NCBI RefSeq assembly: GCF_036321535.1
Contig: NC_087436.1
Span: 29,700,001 to 29,764,000 of the forward strand
Origin: Camelus dromedarius
Taxonomy: Eukaryota
Direction: 5' to 3'
Length of the DNA stretch: 64,000 nucleotides
Position 1 is the stretch's first letter. Every line of letters begins with the position of its first letter. The notes beneath the pieces were generated by a model. The model saw only the letters and a list, made by a program, of their open reading frames with translations. It was not told where the DNA came from and searched no databases. The translations under genes were made by a program, and so were the position numbers. Below are positions 26,936-40,100 of the stretch, piece after piece.

Positions 26936-27407
26936 TGTTGAGAAAGAATTCTCTGTGCATCTCTTGAATTTCTGCATGTCTTCAGAATAAGGGGCATTGA
27001 CAACTTTAGTTCCAGTCTTTTCAAGGATGATTGCATAGCAAATAGCCTTGGAAGACAGAGATAGTATCTTATATTAGGACAAAGGGGAGATTTGTTTCCT
27101 GACCAGGATAGTGAAGATAATGTCTTCCTAGAGACCAAAGTTTAGATAGGAGTACTAGAAGCCTTTCTATAAATTCCACAGCCGTGGCACAAACCCACAG
27201 TGTGTACAGCATCTACCTGAAACATTCCACATAACCCTGAATAGTTTTGGGAGTGAAGGGCAACCAATGCAATCATAAAACACAAGCTATCTGTAGTTTG
27301 TCTCTGACTTAGGGATCTTATGTCTTCTCCCAGCATCATAAAAGTGTGGCAGGTTAGCAGTTAGTTAACAATCAGGGTAAAATCTCAGATGTTTTACAGT
27401 TCCTGAC
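26936..27407 (+). mobile_element. Old ERVL-class LTR (MER54/73/74-like)
   Basis: tgttgagaaagaattctc...cttttcaaggatg...gccttggaagacagagatag...gtttgtctctgac...gggtaaaatctcaga...cagttcctgac. Confidence 0.65.
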
Positions 27408-27720
27408 TATGGTAGGTAGAATTATAAGATGGTCTCCAAGAATCTCACTTCCTGGTATTATCATTCTCTGTAAGACTCTCTCCTTAAATTTGAAGAAACC
27501 TGTGAATATGAGGATATATCAATTACATAATTAAACTCAGAAGAAGACCCCAAGGGTCAGATGAGGCCTTAGCCCTGGACAACCTCTTGGTTGTAGAATT
27601 TTAAGTACAGGGCCCAGCTGAGCATGCTCAGGCTATTAATCTACGGAAGCTGAAATAAATAAGTTTTTTCAAGCTACTGGCTTTGATAATTTGTTATGCA
27701 ACAATGCGAAACACAGATAC
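27408..27720 (+). mobile_element. MaLR MLT1 (D/E-like) LTR
   Basis: tatggtaggtagaattataagatggtctccaaga start; aagctactgg...taatttgttatgcaacaat end. Confidence 0.65.
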
Positions 27721-28179
27721 TAACACCTTTTTGTTTGTTTATATGCTTCTACCATTAAAGGATTTATTGATTTTCATGGTTATTAAATAATTTTTATGCT
27801 CCTCTCAAATAATTGGTTTCATGCACATTCCTGGGTGATATATTCCATTTTCCATCATTACTATCTTAACCCTACAACTTAAAACCTCAGACTATCTGAA
27901 AAATAAGTCACTATCTTTTGACAAGTGTTCATATTAGTAATTATTTGGAAAAGCCATTCAAAATATCAAATAACACATTTATACTAAGATTTCTGGGTGC
28001 TTAAATTATGCAAAATTCATTTATTTCATCTGAAACCTCTTCTGCTTATCTTCTTTACCTAAATATAGCTCTTGGAATATTTTTGCTTCAAACCTCTTAA
28101 CAGAAACTTTTCTAGATTGCACAATGTATACAGAATTCTGGAATTCCAGGATTCCTTTCCCAACCTCAATTTAATCTTT

Positions 28180-28860
28180 TTTTTAATTTCATTTTTTTGT
28201 TGAGTTATAGTTAGTTTACAATGTTGTGTCGATTTCTGTTGTACAGCACAATGCTTCAGTCATACATGAATATACATATATTCATTTTCATATTCTTTTT
28301 CACCATAAGCTACTACAAGATATTGAATATGTTCCCCTGTGTTATATCTATTTTATATATACCAGTCAGTATCTACAAATCTCAAACTCCTAGTTTATCT
28401 CTTCCCATCTCCTTCCCCCCGGCAACCACAAGTCTGTATTCTATGTCTGTGAGTCTGTTTCTGTTTTACATATAAGTTCATTTGTCTTTTTTTTTTTTTA
28501 ATTCCACATATGAGTGATATCATATGGCATTTTTCTTTCTCTTTCTGGCTTACTTCTCTTAGAATGACATTCTCCAGGGCCATCTATGTTGCTGCAAATG
28601 ACATTATTTTATCATTTTTTGTAGCTAAGTAGTATTCCATTATATAAATATACCACAACTTCTTTATGCAGTCACCTGTTGATGGCCATTTAGGTTGTTT
28701 CCATGTCTCTGGCTATTGTAAATAGTGCTCCTATGAATATTGGGGTGCAGGTGTCTTTTTGAATTAAGGTTCCCTCTAGATATATGCCCAGGAGTGGGAT
28801 TGATGGGTCATATGGTAAGTCTATTTTCAGTCTTTTGAGGAGTCTCCATACTGTTTGCCA
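28180..28860 (-). mobile_element. 5'-truncated young L1 (camelid-type 3' end)
   Basis: Antisense ORF2 C-terminus (ORF 28395-28583: LENVILREVSQKEKEKCHMISLICG), 3' UTR and T-rich tail. 14-bp TSD TCAATT[T/C]AATCTTT (28166-28179, 28861-28874). Confidence 0.92.
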
Positions 28861-30286
28861 TCAATTCAATCTTTAGGTTTCCCCTTAGCTATTCAGAATG
28901 TAGCTGTAGTGCACTACCTGTAGGTCCGTCCATTCTCCTGGCATGATTCCAAAATCGTGGTTGTAGTATCTCCCTTTTGTATAGTAACATAGATTAATTT
29001 TTTGTTAAAAATTTCTATATTGTAAGTGCTTTTTAGCATTTATTTCTTATTCCAAGTTTCAATAGAAATTCACTTGCTTCTTTGGACACCCAAATATTCA
29101 ATGTTCCCCTAAACAATAGCCTTTTTTTGATCTTCACACAATGACAGAATGTGAAATACTGTACTATGCACATCTAGAGAAATTACATTGATAGCTATTC
29201 CAACAGTTTAAAAAAATGCAGTTGTTCAAACTTTTATTTTTATAGACACAAAAACTGTTTCAAAGTATTTATAATCATCAGATATTTGTTTTTGTTTTAT
29301 AACTGAAGTAGTATTGTAGACTTGAATGAAAGAGGAGTTAATAGTATAATTTGAAACTTTCAGGAAAATAACAAATAATACAAAATTGCAATCTTTTGCT
29401 TGATTACTGGGTTAAAATTTCATTCTTAATTTCATCATACAGTATGTTAACTATGGTCTTTTGGTTAAATAAATTTAACTTCCTAAGAGATCAAATTACT
29501 GCTACTTGTATGAAGTATCTGAATACCACATATTATTATTTTTAATTTCATATCAACTGAATTTGACTAATGGTTTACTTTGATTTATTTTCAAAGTATA
29601 CAAACTGAAAAACTTTATTTTATTAAAAATCATGTTTAAACAGATCAAAGTAGACCTTCTATCTTAATGGTGTTTTGGTATATATGTATTACAAAGGTGA
29701 AAACATAATTTTATGGATTTCATATTTTTTACCATAATCTTCAGAAAATTTTAAATTAGAACAATATGAAAAAATTTCTAGAAATCACTCCATGTCAAAT
29801 TTTGTCTATTTTTTTCTGACTAGAGTTCCTTCTCTAGTTTCTTACATAATATATTGCTGCTTCAAAACTCATTTAAATGTTGACAACAGTAACCTTAGCC
29901 ATTTCTTAATTTTTCACAATAAATATGACATCTGAGTCCTACTTCTTCTAGGAAATATATTCTGTTTTAAAGGAGTATTTACCATCTGCATAACCCATCA
30001 ATTCATTTTGTATACTAAAATACTGAAGCATTCTTAATGGCTTTAAATAGTCACACAATCAGAAACAAGAGACACAGGCTGAATTTCCATGTGAGTAGTA
30101 AAACTAGGAATATTTGTAAAACTGTTCTTCTTAAGACCAAACTATGAAGCATAAGACCATTCTATTAATGAAGCAAGATCATTCACAAGATGAGATGTAA
30201 ATGGCATTTTACTCTAAGAACTTTTTAAAAATATGATATTAGAAAATGCTACTTCTGGGATTTAGACGACATCTTGCTACATACAT

Positions 30287-30659
30287 AAGTGGACTGGATT
30301 TAGTGTCTCCCCAAAATTCATATATTGAAGTTCCAATTTCCAGATGAGGTGAAGCATGTAGGAGGTAATCAATCCATGATGGTCGAACCTTTAGAATAAG
30401 ATTAGTGCCTTATTAAAAGAGACAAGAGGGGAGATCTCTCTCCACACGTGAGAATACAAAAAAAAAAAAAAAAAAAAAAAAAAAAGAAAGAAAGAAAAAG
30501 AAAAAGGCTTTCGGCAAAACAGGAAGTGAAGTCTTACTAGGAGGCAAACCTGCAGGCCCCTTGACCTTGGACCCCCCTAGCACACAGAACTGTGAGAAAT
30601 AAATTTCTGTTGTTTAAGCCACCCAGTCTACGTGTCTTACGGCAGCTTAAGCTAAGACA
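30287..30659 (+). mobile_element. MaLR MLT1A-like LTR with internal A28/(GAAA)n expansion
   Basis: gtgtctccccaaaattcatatattgaag...cagaactgtgagaaataaatttctgttgtttaagccacccagtcta...ctaagaca. Poly(A) run at 30458-30485. Confidence 0.8.
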
Positions 30660-32511
30660 GTAAGCTTTCAGAATTTTTATTCTTTCTTTAATGAAAAAAA
30701 TAATTTGTGAGAAGAATACTTCACTGTAAGGAAAATGCTGCCCATTTTCTTCATTGTTCAAGTAACATATATTTTACATTTAAAGCTGTATACTATCCTA
30801 AACCCAAATTTACCTTATTGATTTTATAAATATTTACTATATATCCAGGGGTAAATGAAATGTATAATGTAAAAGTTATGGGTTAACATTCAATATTTCC
30901 AAAATTTCTGAAAAAAAGGTAAAATTCCCAGTTATTTTCTATTTCATCCTTCATTTCCTCTTACTTTCTAGTCCTCCAAATTTGAGAACACTCTTTTTTT
31001 TTCTATTTGTTACACTTTTTTATTCAAGGATACAAGAGTTTAAATCAGGCAATATATATAATTTTATTCTCTACCTTGCTTACATCACTGCTTTATTCCA
31101 ATTTCCATAAAAAGCATTATATAAAATAAAGTTAAAAATATGTTTTACAGTTAACATTTATTTGGTTGTGAAAATGGAAACATTGCTAGAATAAAATATA
31201 AATAGATAATATGCTTTACTTGTGTGCTTCTCCATCTTTTTAAGTTTATCACGTAGATGGATGGCACTTTAAATAATGTGTTATATTTAGAGAATACATT
31301 AAACAGAAAAGAACATTGTGGAAAATAGGAAAGCCTTTCCATTAAGGGTTTCAAATATGAAAAGTTCTATTCAGACACAAACTAAATCTAAAATGAGAGT
31401 TTTTTTTTTTTTACTGAAAGAGGTAGAGAGTAATTAAAGGTAATTGGCATGTTATTATTCTTAAAAGGTTCCCTTTTCTATTCTAAGAATACCAGGGAAC
31501 AATTGAATAGATAAAAAGCAAACCATAAATTGCCAAATAGATCTTTTGTGTAACAATACATCTTTCTAGACAAAAGATATTTCAAACCCATAAAAACGAG
31601 GGGAGGTGTATTTGCCTGACTGGCCTCAAGTCTTGCCTGGTCACAGTGAAGTTGTGTCGGATTTTTAAACTCACGGTGTGAGATGTTATCTTAATGGGTT
31701 CAGAGAGAATCAAAAGTGAGTGTGACAAACTTGAGGGAGATCGGTTTGTTGGCAGAATTTAACATTAGGTGAGTAGAAAATTACTTGATAAATGAAACTG
31801 AAAGCAGAACAAATACTTTTACTTAAGAATACCTATGGCAGACTGATGCTTCTGACAATTATTGATCGAATGTGAGAAGCCCTCCCTCCTGCCCTTTCTC
31901 TATCCAAATTCTGCATATTTTTCCCAGAATTGGATCAATATAAATTCTCATTATGAAGCCATTTATTTACTACTCTATTCCTCAATGAACTCTTTTGTAC
32001 AGACTTCTATCCCACCTGTAGTCAGTACAGAGGCACATTCTTCACCACTCATCTTTAGTTCCTCAGCTCAAATAAGACTCAGAGACTTAATGTAATTAAT
32101 CCAACCATAATCTAATTAAAATATAATCCCTTACACACTTACTCTCTCCTAATGTGTTTTTCTGATTCACAAATTTCCCATATCATTTAAAGATATTTTT
32201 ATTTGTATCATTGTGTTTCTTCTATTTTGAGGGCAAAAACTGTGTGTTCTTTCATGTTTTATTTGTTCGGTTGTGTCATCTTTTCTGTACTCTTTATTTC
32301 TGGAAGACTCCAAATATATCTTATTCTGGGGCATCAAAACTTGTTAAGTTAGAAGGAGTATATTGAAACATTAAATTAAAAAGTTTATCTTCATGCTGTA
32401 CATGGTATAGTGATTTACTGAAGTTAAAGGATTTCTTCATACCAGTTGCCCTATTTATTACACTTAGATATGACACTTTGACTCTTGTTTATAACCTGCA
32501 CATTTGAGTCA

Positions 32512-32800
32512 TTTTTGCAGTTTTACTGAAGTATAACTGTTAATACAAGCACTGCACATATTTAATGTTTACAATTTTATGAGTTTGCAGACATGCAAAT
32601 GCTTGTGATACTATTCCTAATCTTAAGGTAATGAACATCCATCCCTCCAAAAGTCTCCTTTTGCTTTTTGTGTGTGAATACCTAACATAAAATCCACCCT
32701 TTCAACAAACTTTTCAGTGCACACTGTTAACTATAGGCACTACACTGTATAACATATATCTAGAATTTATTCATTCGTATAAATTTATATTCATTGAACA
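32512..32800 (-). mobile_element. Old L1 (L1MA/MB-type) 3' end
   Basis: gttttactgaagtataactg...ctgcacatatttaatgtttacaatttt...gttaactataggcactacactgtataac. Confidence 0.72.
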
Positions 32801-32945
32801 TTTACCCAAAACTCTTGAAAGAGCTCACATACAGGACACAAAGCAAAATCTATAAATAGATGAAGAACTGATTCACATGTAGATAATAAATTTGACTGTC
32901 ATATATATATTGTTTAGTTCAAAGGCTGTATCTGAATTTCAGATA

Positions 32946-33545
32946 TGTGGGTTCAGCATATGTAACCCTAAAATATATCACTTTGAAATATTGATTATTT
33001 TGAATTAAAGGTATTTGAGAAACAGATGATGAAAGGACACTCTGCCACTCCTTTGTCTCCATGAAAGCAGGGGATAAGTATTCTACGGGAAAAGTACTTT
33101 TCCTGTACTAAGAGGGAAGAAGGCATCCTTAGTATCAGAGACAGGGAATTCAGAGCTGAGAAGGTCATATAAACAAATCTTGTTACTTTTTCATAACTTC
33201 ACTAACCCCAAATCTCTTTGTCTTGTCAATTCTTTACAAGTCTGTTTCTTTGTCCAAAAGGTATACAACTTCCCTGCTTTTGTCACTTATTTGAGTCTCA
33301 TATTTTAATGGGAATCCAATATGTATAAAATTAAATTTTATTTTGTTAATATGCCTTATGTCAAATTAATTATTAGACAAGCTAAAGAACTTAGAAGGAA
33401 AGAAGGAACAATTTTTCTGCCCCTACAGTTTGGCACAAACATGTGGCTCTCCACTGGCTAGACACTGCTTGTTCCCAGGCGGCTACAGCTGAGAGATTCT
33501 GGTTCCTCTGGCAAAAACCAGAAGAAGGTAAGAATCCTTACAACA
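32946..33545 (+). mobile_element. ERV1-class (MER34-like) 5' LTR with PBS and start of leader
   Basis: TGTGGG...CCTACA LTR (32946-33427), followed by GTT-TGGC (PBS position) and a leader containing a consensus splice donor AAG|GTAAGA at 33528. Confidence 0.72.
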
Positions 33546-33549
33546 TCAG

Positions 33550-33858
33550 TCTCATACCATACACAAAATAAACTCAAAATGGATTAAAGACCTAAACATC
33601 TAACCATAACACTGGAAGCTATCAAACTCTTAGAAGAAAACATAGGCAGAACTCTCTTTGACAGAAATCGTGGCAGTATGTTTTTGAATCTATCTCCTAA
33701 GGGAAAGGAAATAAAAGCAAAAATAAACAAAAGGGACCTAACCAAACTTAAAGGGTTTTGCACAGCAAAGGAAGTCTCAAATCTCAAATAACTTAACCTA
33801 CACCTAAAATAATTAGAAAAGGAAGAACAAACAGGGTCCTCAAAGCCCAAAGTAGTAA
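33550..33858 (+). mobile_element. L1 ORF2 internal fragments in rearranged order
   Basis: 33550-33772 encodes ..NSKWIKDLN..KLLEENIGRTLFD..KAKINKRDLTKLKGFCTAKE (post-RT region). 33773-33858 matches the earlier post-endonuclease segment (SQ..NNLT...LEKEEQT..KPKV). Confidence 0.85.
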
Positions 33859-34438
33859 GTGCTGTATTATCAAAGTAATATATACTAAGAGATTGTGAAA
33901 ATTCTATTGTGATCTCTTGGTTCATCACCTATTTTCAGAATTTACATTTTCAAAGGGATTTTTGGAGAGTATTACTAAAGAGAATTAATGATGGGGATGC
34001 CCTTGACTCACTGACTGCCAAATAAAAAGGGCTGTAATGAATCACTCAAGGAATGTGACATACCTCTGGGGGAACTGAAGAACTGATATCTGACTCATGC
34101 CTTTAAAACTTTACAGGTGAGAGTTTGGCTGGAACGACTTAGGTGAGCAGACTGGGTCTGACTTAGAATGCTTGTATATCCAAGATTTGGCTTGGTTGGA
34201 TGAAGACATCTGAGATTGTTGCTGGACTTCATATGTCTTGAAAGAATCACATCTAAAAGAAGTGTTTGAAATAACCAGGTGATCTCAACAAAATAAATCT
34301 TACATGTTCTGTCTGCCTGAACATCAGGAGATGAGACTAAACTGTAAGTAGCCAACTCAAGACACACTGCTTGAAACATTGAACTACAGTTGAGGTTTCC
34401 CAGTGGCGAAGTTCCTTAACAATTGACAAGTATCTGTG

Positions 34439-34439
<1 letters not shown>

Positions 34440-34469
<30 letters not shown>
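34440..34469. repeat. (CA)n microsatellite
   Basis: Perfect CA run, about 15 units. Confidence 0.95.
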
Positions 34470-34473
<4 letters not shown>

Positions 34474-35044
34474 AGCTAAAACGTAGACAGCCCACCATAT
34501 AAAGGACACTATAACCCAGTGAAAACAAGTTAAACAAGTCTTATTCCTTCCTCCCTTATTTCTACCCTGTAAGAGCCAAAGAGAATACAGAGACTGGTGA
34601 AGATTTAAGAGCAAACTGGAAAATAGTAGAACTCCTACCCTGATGCTCCACTGCTGTTTGCTCAGGCTGAGGCAGAACTGAATTTGAAATGCAGCATAGC
34701 TTTGAATTGGATAAGAGAATATTTTTGATATTCAAATGGACTATAAACTAAAAACCTGGAACTAAGACTATGTTTTGAAACCTGAAAATGACCAGAAACA
34801 AGTATTTTCAAAATATCAGTGTGGCAGGCGCAAAGAGATTGCTTTAGCATGAATAAAAGAGTCACATGAAAAAAGAAGCTCCTTTTCTTCAAGCATTCTA
34901 CCAAAAATAGTCTTTCAAAAACAAATTACATACCCATATTCTAAAGAATTTCTTTTAATTTGACATATATAAATGAATATATCCTTGCCAATTGTATGAT
35001 AGGAGGTCTTAGGTCTTTGTGTATGGATTTATTTATCATTCGTT

Positions 35045-37160
35045 ATTTTTTAATTTTTATTTATTTATTTTGTTGATGAAAACATTTAAGTTCTATGCTA
35101 TTGGCAAATTTCAATTATACAATACAATGTTATCAACTATAGTCACCATGTTTTACATTAGATCCTCAGACCTTATCAATCTTTTAGCTGAAGTTCATTT
35201 CCTTTTACCTACCTCTCCTTCTTAACCCCATCCTCCATTCCCTGGCAACCACTATTCTGTCTACACGGTTTCTATGAGTTTGATTTTTTCTGATTCTACC
35301 TATGAGTGATGCCACACAATATTTGTCTTTCTCTGTCTAGCTTATTTGACTAGCATAATGCCCTCCATGTTGTAGTAAAGGTCAGGATTTCCTTAGTTTG
35401 CATAGCCATTGTAACAGGTGTGAAGTGGTATCATTACAGTCTTTATTTGCAATTTCCCTGCTAATTAGAGATGTTGAGCACATTCTCATGTACTTGTTGG
35501 CCATTTGTATGTCTTCTTTGAAAAATGTTTATTCAGTTCTTCGGCCTATTTTTAAATCAGATTGTTTTGTTTGTTTGTTTTTTATTGAATTGTAAAAGTT
35601 CTTCACATAATTTAAATAACCATTTATCAGATATATGATGTGCAAATATTTTGTCTCATCCCATAGACTGCCTTTTTATTTTGTTAATGATTTCTTCTGC
35701 TGTGCAGAAGCTTTTGGTTTTGACGTATATTCACTTGTATAGTTTTGCTTTTGTTGCCTTTCCTTTGGATGTCGTATCTAAAAAAAATCATTGCAAAGGC
35801 CAATGTCAAGATGCTTACTTAATGATTTATTCTAGTAGTTTTGTGGTTTCAGATTTTGCATTCAAGTCTTTAATTCATTTTGAGTTCATTTTTGTGAGTG
35901 GTGTAGGATAAGGGTTCAGTTTCATTCTTTTGCATGTCACTGTTCACAGTTTTCTCAACATCATTTATTTAAGAGACTATCCTTCCTCTATTGTATATTC
36001 TTGAGATCTTTATCATAAATTAATTGAGCTTATTTCCAGGCTATCTATTCTGTTCCATTAATCTGTGTATCTATACGCCAATACTATACTGTTTTGATTT
36101 GTAATATAGCTTGAAACCAGAAGTTGGATACCTCCAGCTTTTTTTCTTAATATATATTTTTATTGAAGTATAGTCAGTTTACAACATTGTGTCAATTTCT
36201 GGTGTACAGCACAATATTTCAGTCATACACTTTCTTCTTTCTCAAGATTAACTTGACTCTCGGGGGGGTCTTTTGTGATACCATACAAATTTAGAAACGT
36301 TTCTCCTATTTCTTTTAAAAATACCATTGGAATCTTGATAGACATTGCATTAAATCCATAGATTGCTTTGGTTAGTATTAATATTTTAACAATATTAATT
36401 CTTCCAATCTGTCAGTATGGAATATCTTTTTATTTATTTGTATCGTATTCAATTTCTTTCATCAATGCCATACAGTTCTTAGCATATACATTTTTCACCT
36501 CCTTAGATAAATTCATTCCGAGGTATTTTATTATTCTTTATGCTATTGTAAATGAGATTGTTTTCTTAATTTCTCCCCAATCGCTTGTTGTTAGTGTTTT
36601 GAAATGCAATTGACTTCTGTACTGTATATCCTGCAAATATACTGTATTTTAAAATTAGTTTTAACAGGTTTTCTATACATAATACCATGCCATCTACAAA
36701 TAGAGAAAATTTTACTTCTTTCTTTCCAATTTAGATGCCTTTTATTAATTTTATTGTCTAATTGCTCTGGATAGGAGTTCCAGTACTCTGCTGATTAAAA
36801 ATGGTGGAGTGTGCATTCTTGTTCCTGATCTTAGAAGAAAAGCTTTCATTTTTTTCACCATTGTGTATGATGTTAACTGTATGCTTGTCATATATGGCCT
36901 TCATTATTTTGAGGTATGTTCCCTCTATATCATTTTATTGAGAGCTTTTATCAAAAAATGGATGTTGAATTTTGTCAAATGCTTTTTCTGCATCTACTGA
37001 GATAACCATATGAATTTTATCCTTCATTGTGTTCATATGGTGTATCGCACTGCTTGATTTGGGGATGCTGGACCATCCTTCCATCTCTAAAATAAATCCT
37101 ACTTGTCCATTTTGTATGATCCTTTCAACGTACTGCCAAATAGATTTGTTAGCATTGTTT
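35045..37160 (-). mobile_element. L1 (L1MA-type) ORF2 and 3' UTR remnant, about 2.1 kb, with internal deletions
   Basis: ORF 36935-37261(-) contains the L1 RT motif QVGFI..M.GW...KS...IHH....KDK.HMVISVDAEKAFDKIQHPF. 3' UTR motifs lie near 35050-35350. Confidence 0.92.
36149..36229 (-). mobile_element. Extremely 5'-truncated young L1 nested in the older L1
   Basis: Reverse strand reads tgtatgactgaaatattgtgctgtacaccagaaattgacacaatgttgtaaactgactatacttcaataaaaa. It splits the host motif cctccagcttt|...tctcaagatt. Degenerate pyrimidine TSD. Confidence 0.88.
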
Positions 37161-40100
37161 CTTTTCAAAACATGGTTTTCAGTGTTGCTTTTTAAAAATA
37201 GATCAATTAGTGAAAATCCATTTCTCTCCTCCCAAAAATCTCTTACAGGTGTCTGACTCATAAATCCAATTTGTTATCATATTTTAGTAGCTTGTGCTTA
37301 TGTCTTATTTCAGAACAATTATGTTTTGCTTACTGAGAAATCTTTTTTTTTTTTTACTTTTATACTCACCACTTTTACATAAGTTACTTAAATTATCTGG
37401 CTACAAAAACAATTACTCTTGACATAGACGTATTTGGGAGCAAAACAACCAACTTTGACACACTGAGGGAGTCAAAGTGGGAGAAGAAACATGAGAGCAC
37501 ATGAGACAGGGCTAGCCCAAAACATGGGCCCTGCCAGGGACCAGGTAATCCAAAGCAGCTGCTGAACAGGGATTGGGAAGACATTGAACAGTATTTCCTA
37601 TCTTGGATGTAGACATGTAGGAGATAAAACATAATATTATAAAAGTGAATATTTTAGCAGAAGTGAAGAAAAAGCAGAGAGAAATAAAATAAAGTGTGAA
37701 AATAAGACTAATGACATGAGTTATGCTTTTGGGGGGGGATTAATTGCATCAAGTACCCAAGGTGCTAGTTATACCAATTTGCCTATCTACGATTGCTTTG
37801 TTTGACCAAAGTATTCTTTCAAAGTTGTGGAAAAATCCAAAGTTATTTAGAATAGTAATTATCTTTTTTGTAAAAAAATAAATGTAGGCACCTGAGAGTA
37901 TATGTAAATAAAAACAAACAACACATTAAACTATTTTCCTTTAAAAAAAGCCATACATATTTACTGAGTCAAATATTAGAAATGAACATTCATTTATTAA
38001 AGTACCTAACAGAGGTGAGCTTTGACTTTTCAATCCTTCAGTTGCCAGTTATCTTCACTTTAACATAGCAGGTAACTAGTGGAAGAATAACAGATATTAG
38101 TAACAACAGAATCTTTTGTATCAAAGATTTCAGAAAAGGAATGAAAAGAAAAATTAAAAAGGATTTTGTGCATCATTCTCATATGTTATTTTCAATTAAA
38201 GGTTTCCTCAAACCTAGTAAAACCCTAGCAGTTAAAACAAGTGTAATTTTATTTCCACTCACCTGAAATCAATATTTGCTGATACTTCAAATTATACTTA
38301 ACTTAGAGTTTTTAAGATAAAAAATAAAATAACAAAAAATGTGGGAAAAGAGAAAAATTAAATAGAAAGTAAAATGGTAATTCGAGTTATTGGCAAGAAT
38401 TTGTTGAATAGTGCTTTCTATATTTGGTCATATTTTCCTCATTCTACAAATTTCATTCTCATAGATTCTTCATTTGTGATCAGTTCAGCTATAATATGGG
38501 ACAGACTGTCACTACTATTTGTAGATGTGTATGCCAGTGCCCTCTGCTTTATGGAAGTTATACTGAATATGTACATGTATATATATACACACACATATAT
38601 ATACATGAGTGTATTTGGATTTATTTAACAATTCTATCACATATACTATACACACACTTGTTATTTTCTACATTAGTATGTACTTTACTATCTTATGGCA
38701 ATTATTTATTTTTAGAAGAATGAGTAAGCATAATAAAATATACAGCAGTAGAATTAACTTATGTAGAGATTGCTACTTGACAATGATACAAGGAAAATCA
38801 AGTGATTTTGTTGGAGTAAATCTAATTCATTACAGAAAAAGCTCTATTGTTTTAGAAGTGCAAATGGTCACATGATTTTGGAATACTCCAGGTAAATTAT
38901 TATTGAGTATAACAGTTATCACATATAACAAATGAAAATTTGGGGGAAAAATATTTAGGCTGACAAAGAACCACACCTTACTTTAGAGACCATGTATTTT
39001 ACTTGACATTAGAATCTATTCCTAAACCAAGGAGGAAAAAAATAAATCTTAGGAAGAAGGCAAAGATCTACTTTTGAAGGCAAATTATTTTTATGTAATC
39101 ATAGTCAGGAAAAGAAGTGAAAATCAGTATGTGATTTCACATGATTGCATGTTTTTAGACTATTAGGAAGAAAACGTCCCCGAGCTTCCAGTTGCCAATT
39201 GCTGAGAGGTTTAGATTCAGAGGTAGTATCTATACAAAGAGATTGCGCTGCTGTTATGGTAAATGATTTTTAAAATTGAACTAGAAAGTAAACAGTCACA
39301 CATTATTTAAAAATATGAACTTAAAAAGGTCTGTTTGAACACCTATGAAGAAACAGACTTATAGATTAAAAGAAATCTAGAAAGAGTTTACCTTTAAAAA
39401 ATTGCAAATATCACTACTGAAATTCTTACAATGAAAACAAAGGCACTTTGAGACATAATACACTTTAAGAATATCTTTGCAAATAATGTTTACTGAAAAA
39501 CTAAATGTAAACCTAAATAATATAGCCTGTCATTAGTATAGATTATTGAGAACATCATATTGATTACATATGTTTTTGAAATTATTCTCTAATAGAACAA
39601 TTCGACACAAGTAAACACGATATTTTAACCCAGACAAACTGGGTCTTTGAATGTTACTTTTGGATGTTACTAGTCAACCGATAGGTGATTCAGGACAGTC
39701 AATGGTGAAAGAAAATGTGTACTTACAACTAGTTATTGATGTGATTAGTGTATCTCATTCTTATACACATTAAAATCTCTAGCAGTTTCTGAAGGGAATG
39801 TGTGAAACTTCCACTTTTTCCATTTTCCATTTATTCCTCAGTCTCTTGATATATTTGTGTGATAGTTTCTCTATTTCATGTTTAATCTTTTAAAATTGTA
39901 AACAAACCTTAAGTGTGTTACTGGGGAACATGAGGTCAAGGGAGAGTAAAATTTATAATTCAGAACAAAGAATAATTTATAAAAGAAGTCCTTGAGTAAG
40001 AGACAATATTATCCACTATACAGATGGGAGAGTAATTAGAGCAAGGAGACCTAATCTATCACAAAAAGAAAGGCAATGTGTATGTGAGGGTGGGGAGTAC

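Noticed and set aside
30260..30273. Exact 14-mer ATTTAGACGACATC also found at the 5S insert junction (26374-26387)
   Set aside because: It does not extend, and several exact 14-mer pairs are expected by chance in 64 kb.
36935..37261. ORF with reverse transcriptase motifs as a functional RT gene or retron-like system
   Set aside because: It is a short open stretch of a decayed L1 ORF2; neighbouring sequence has stops, frameshifts and deletions.
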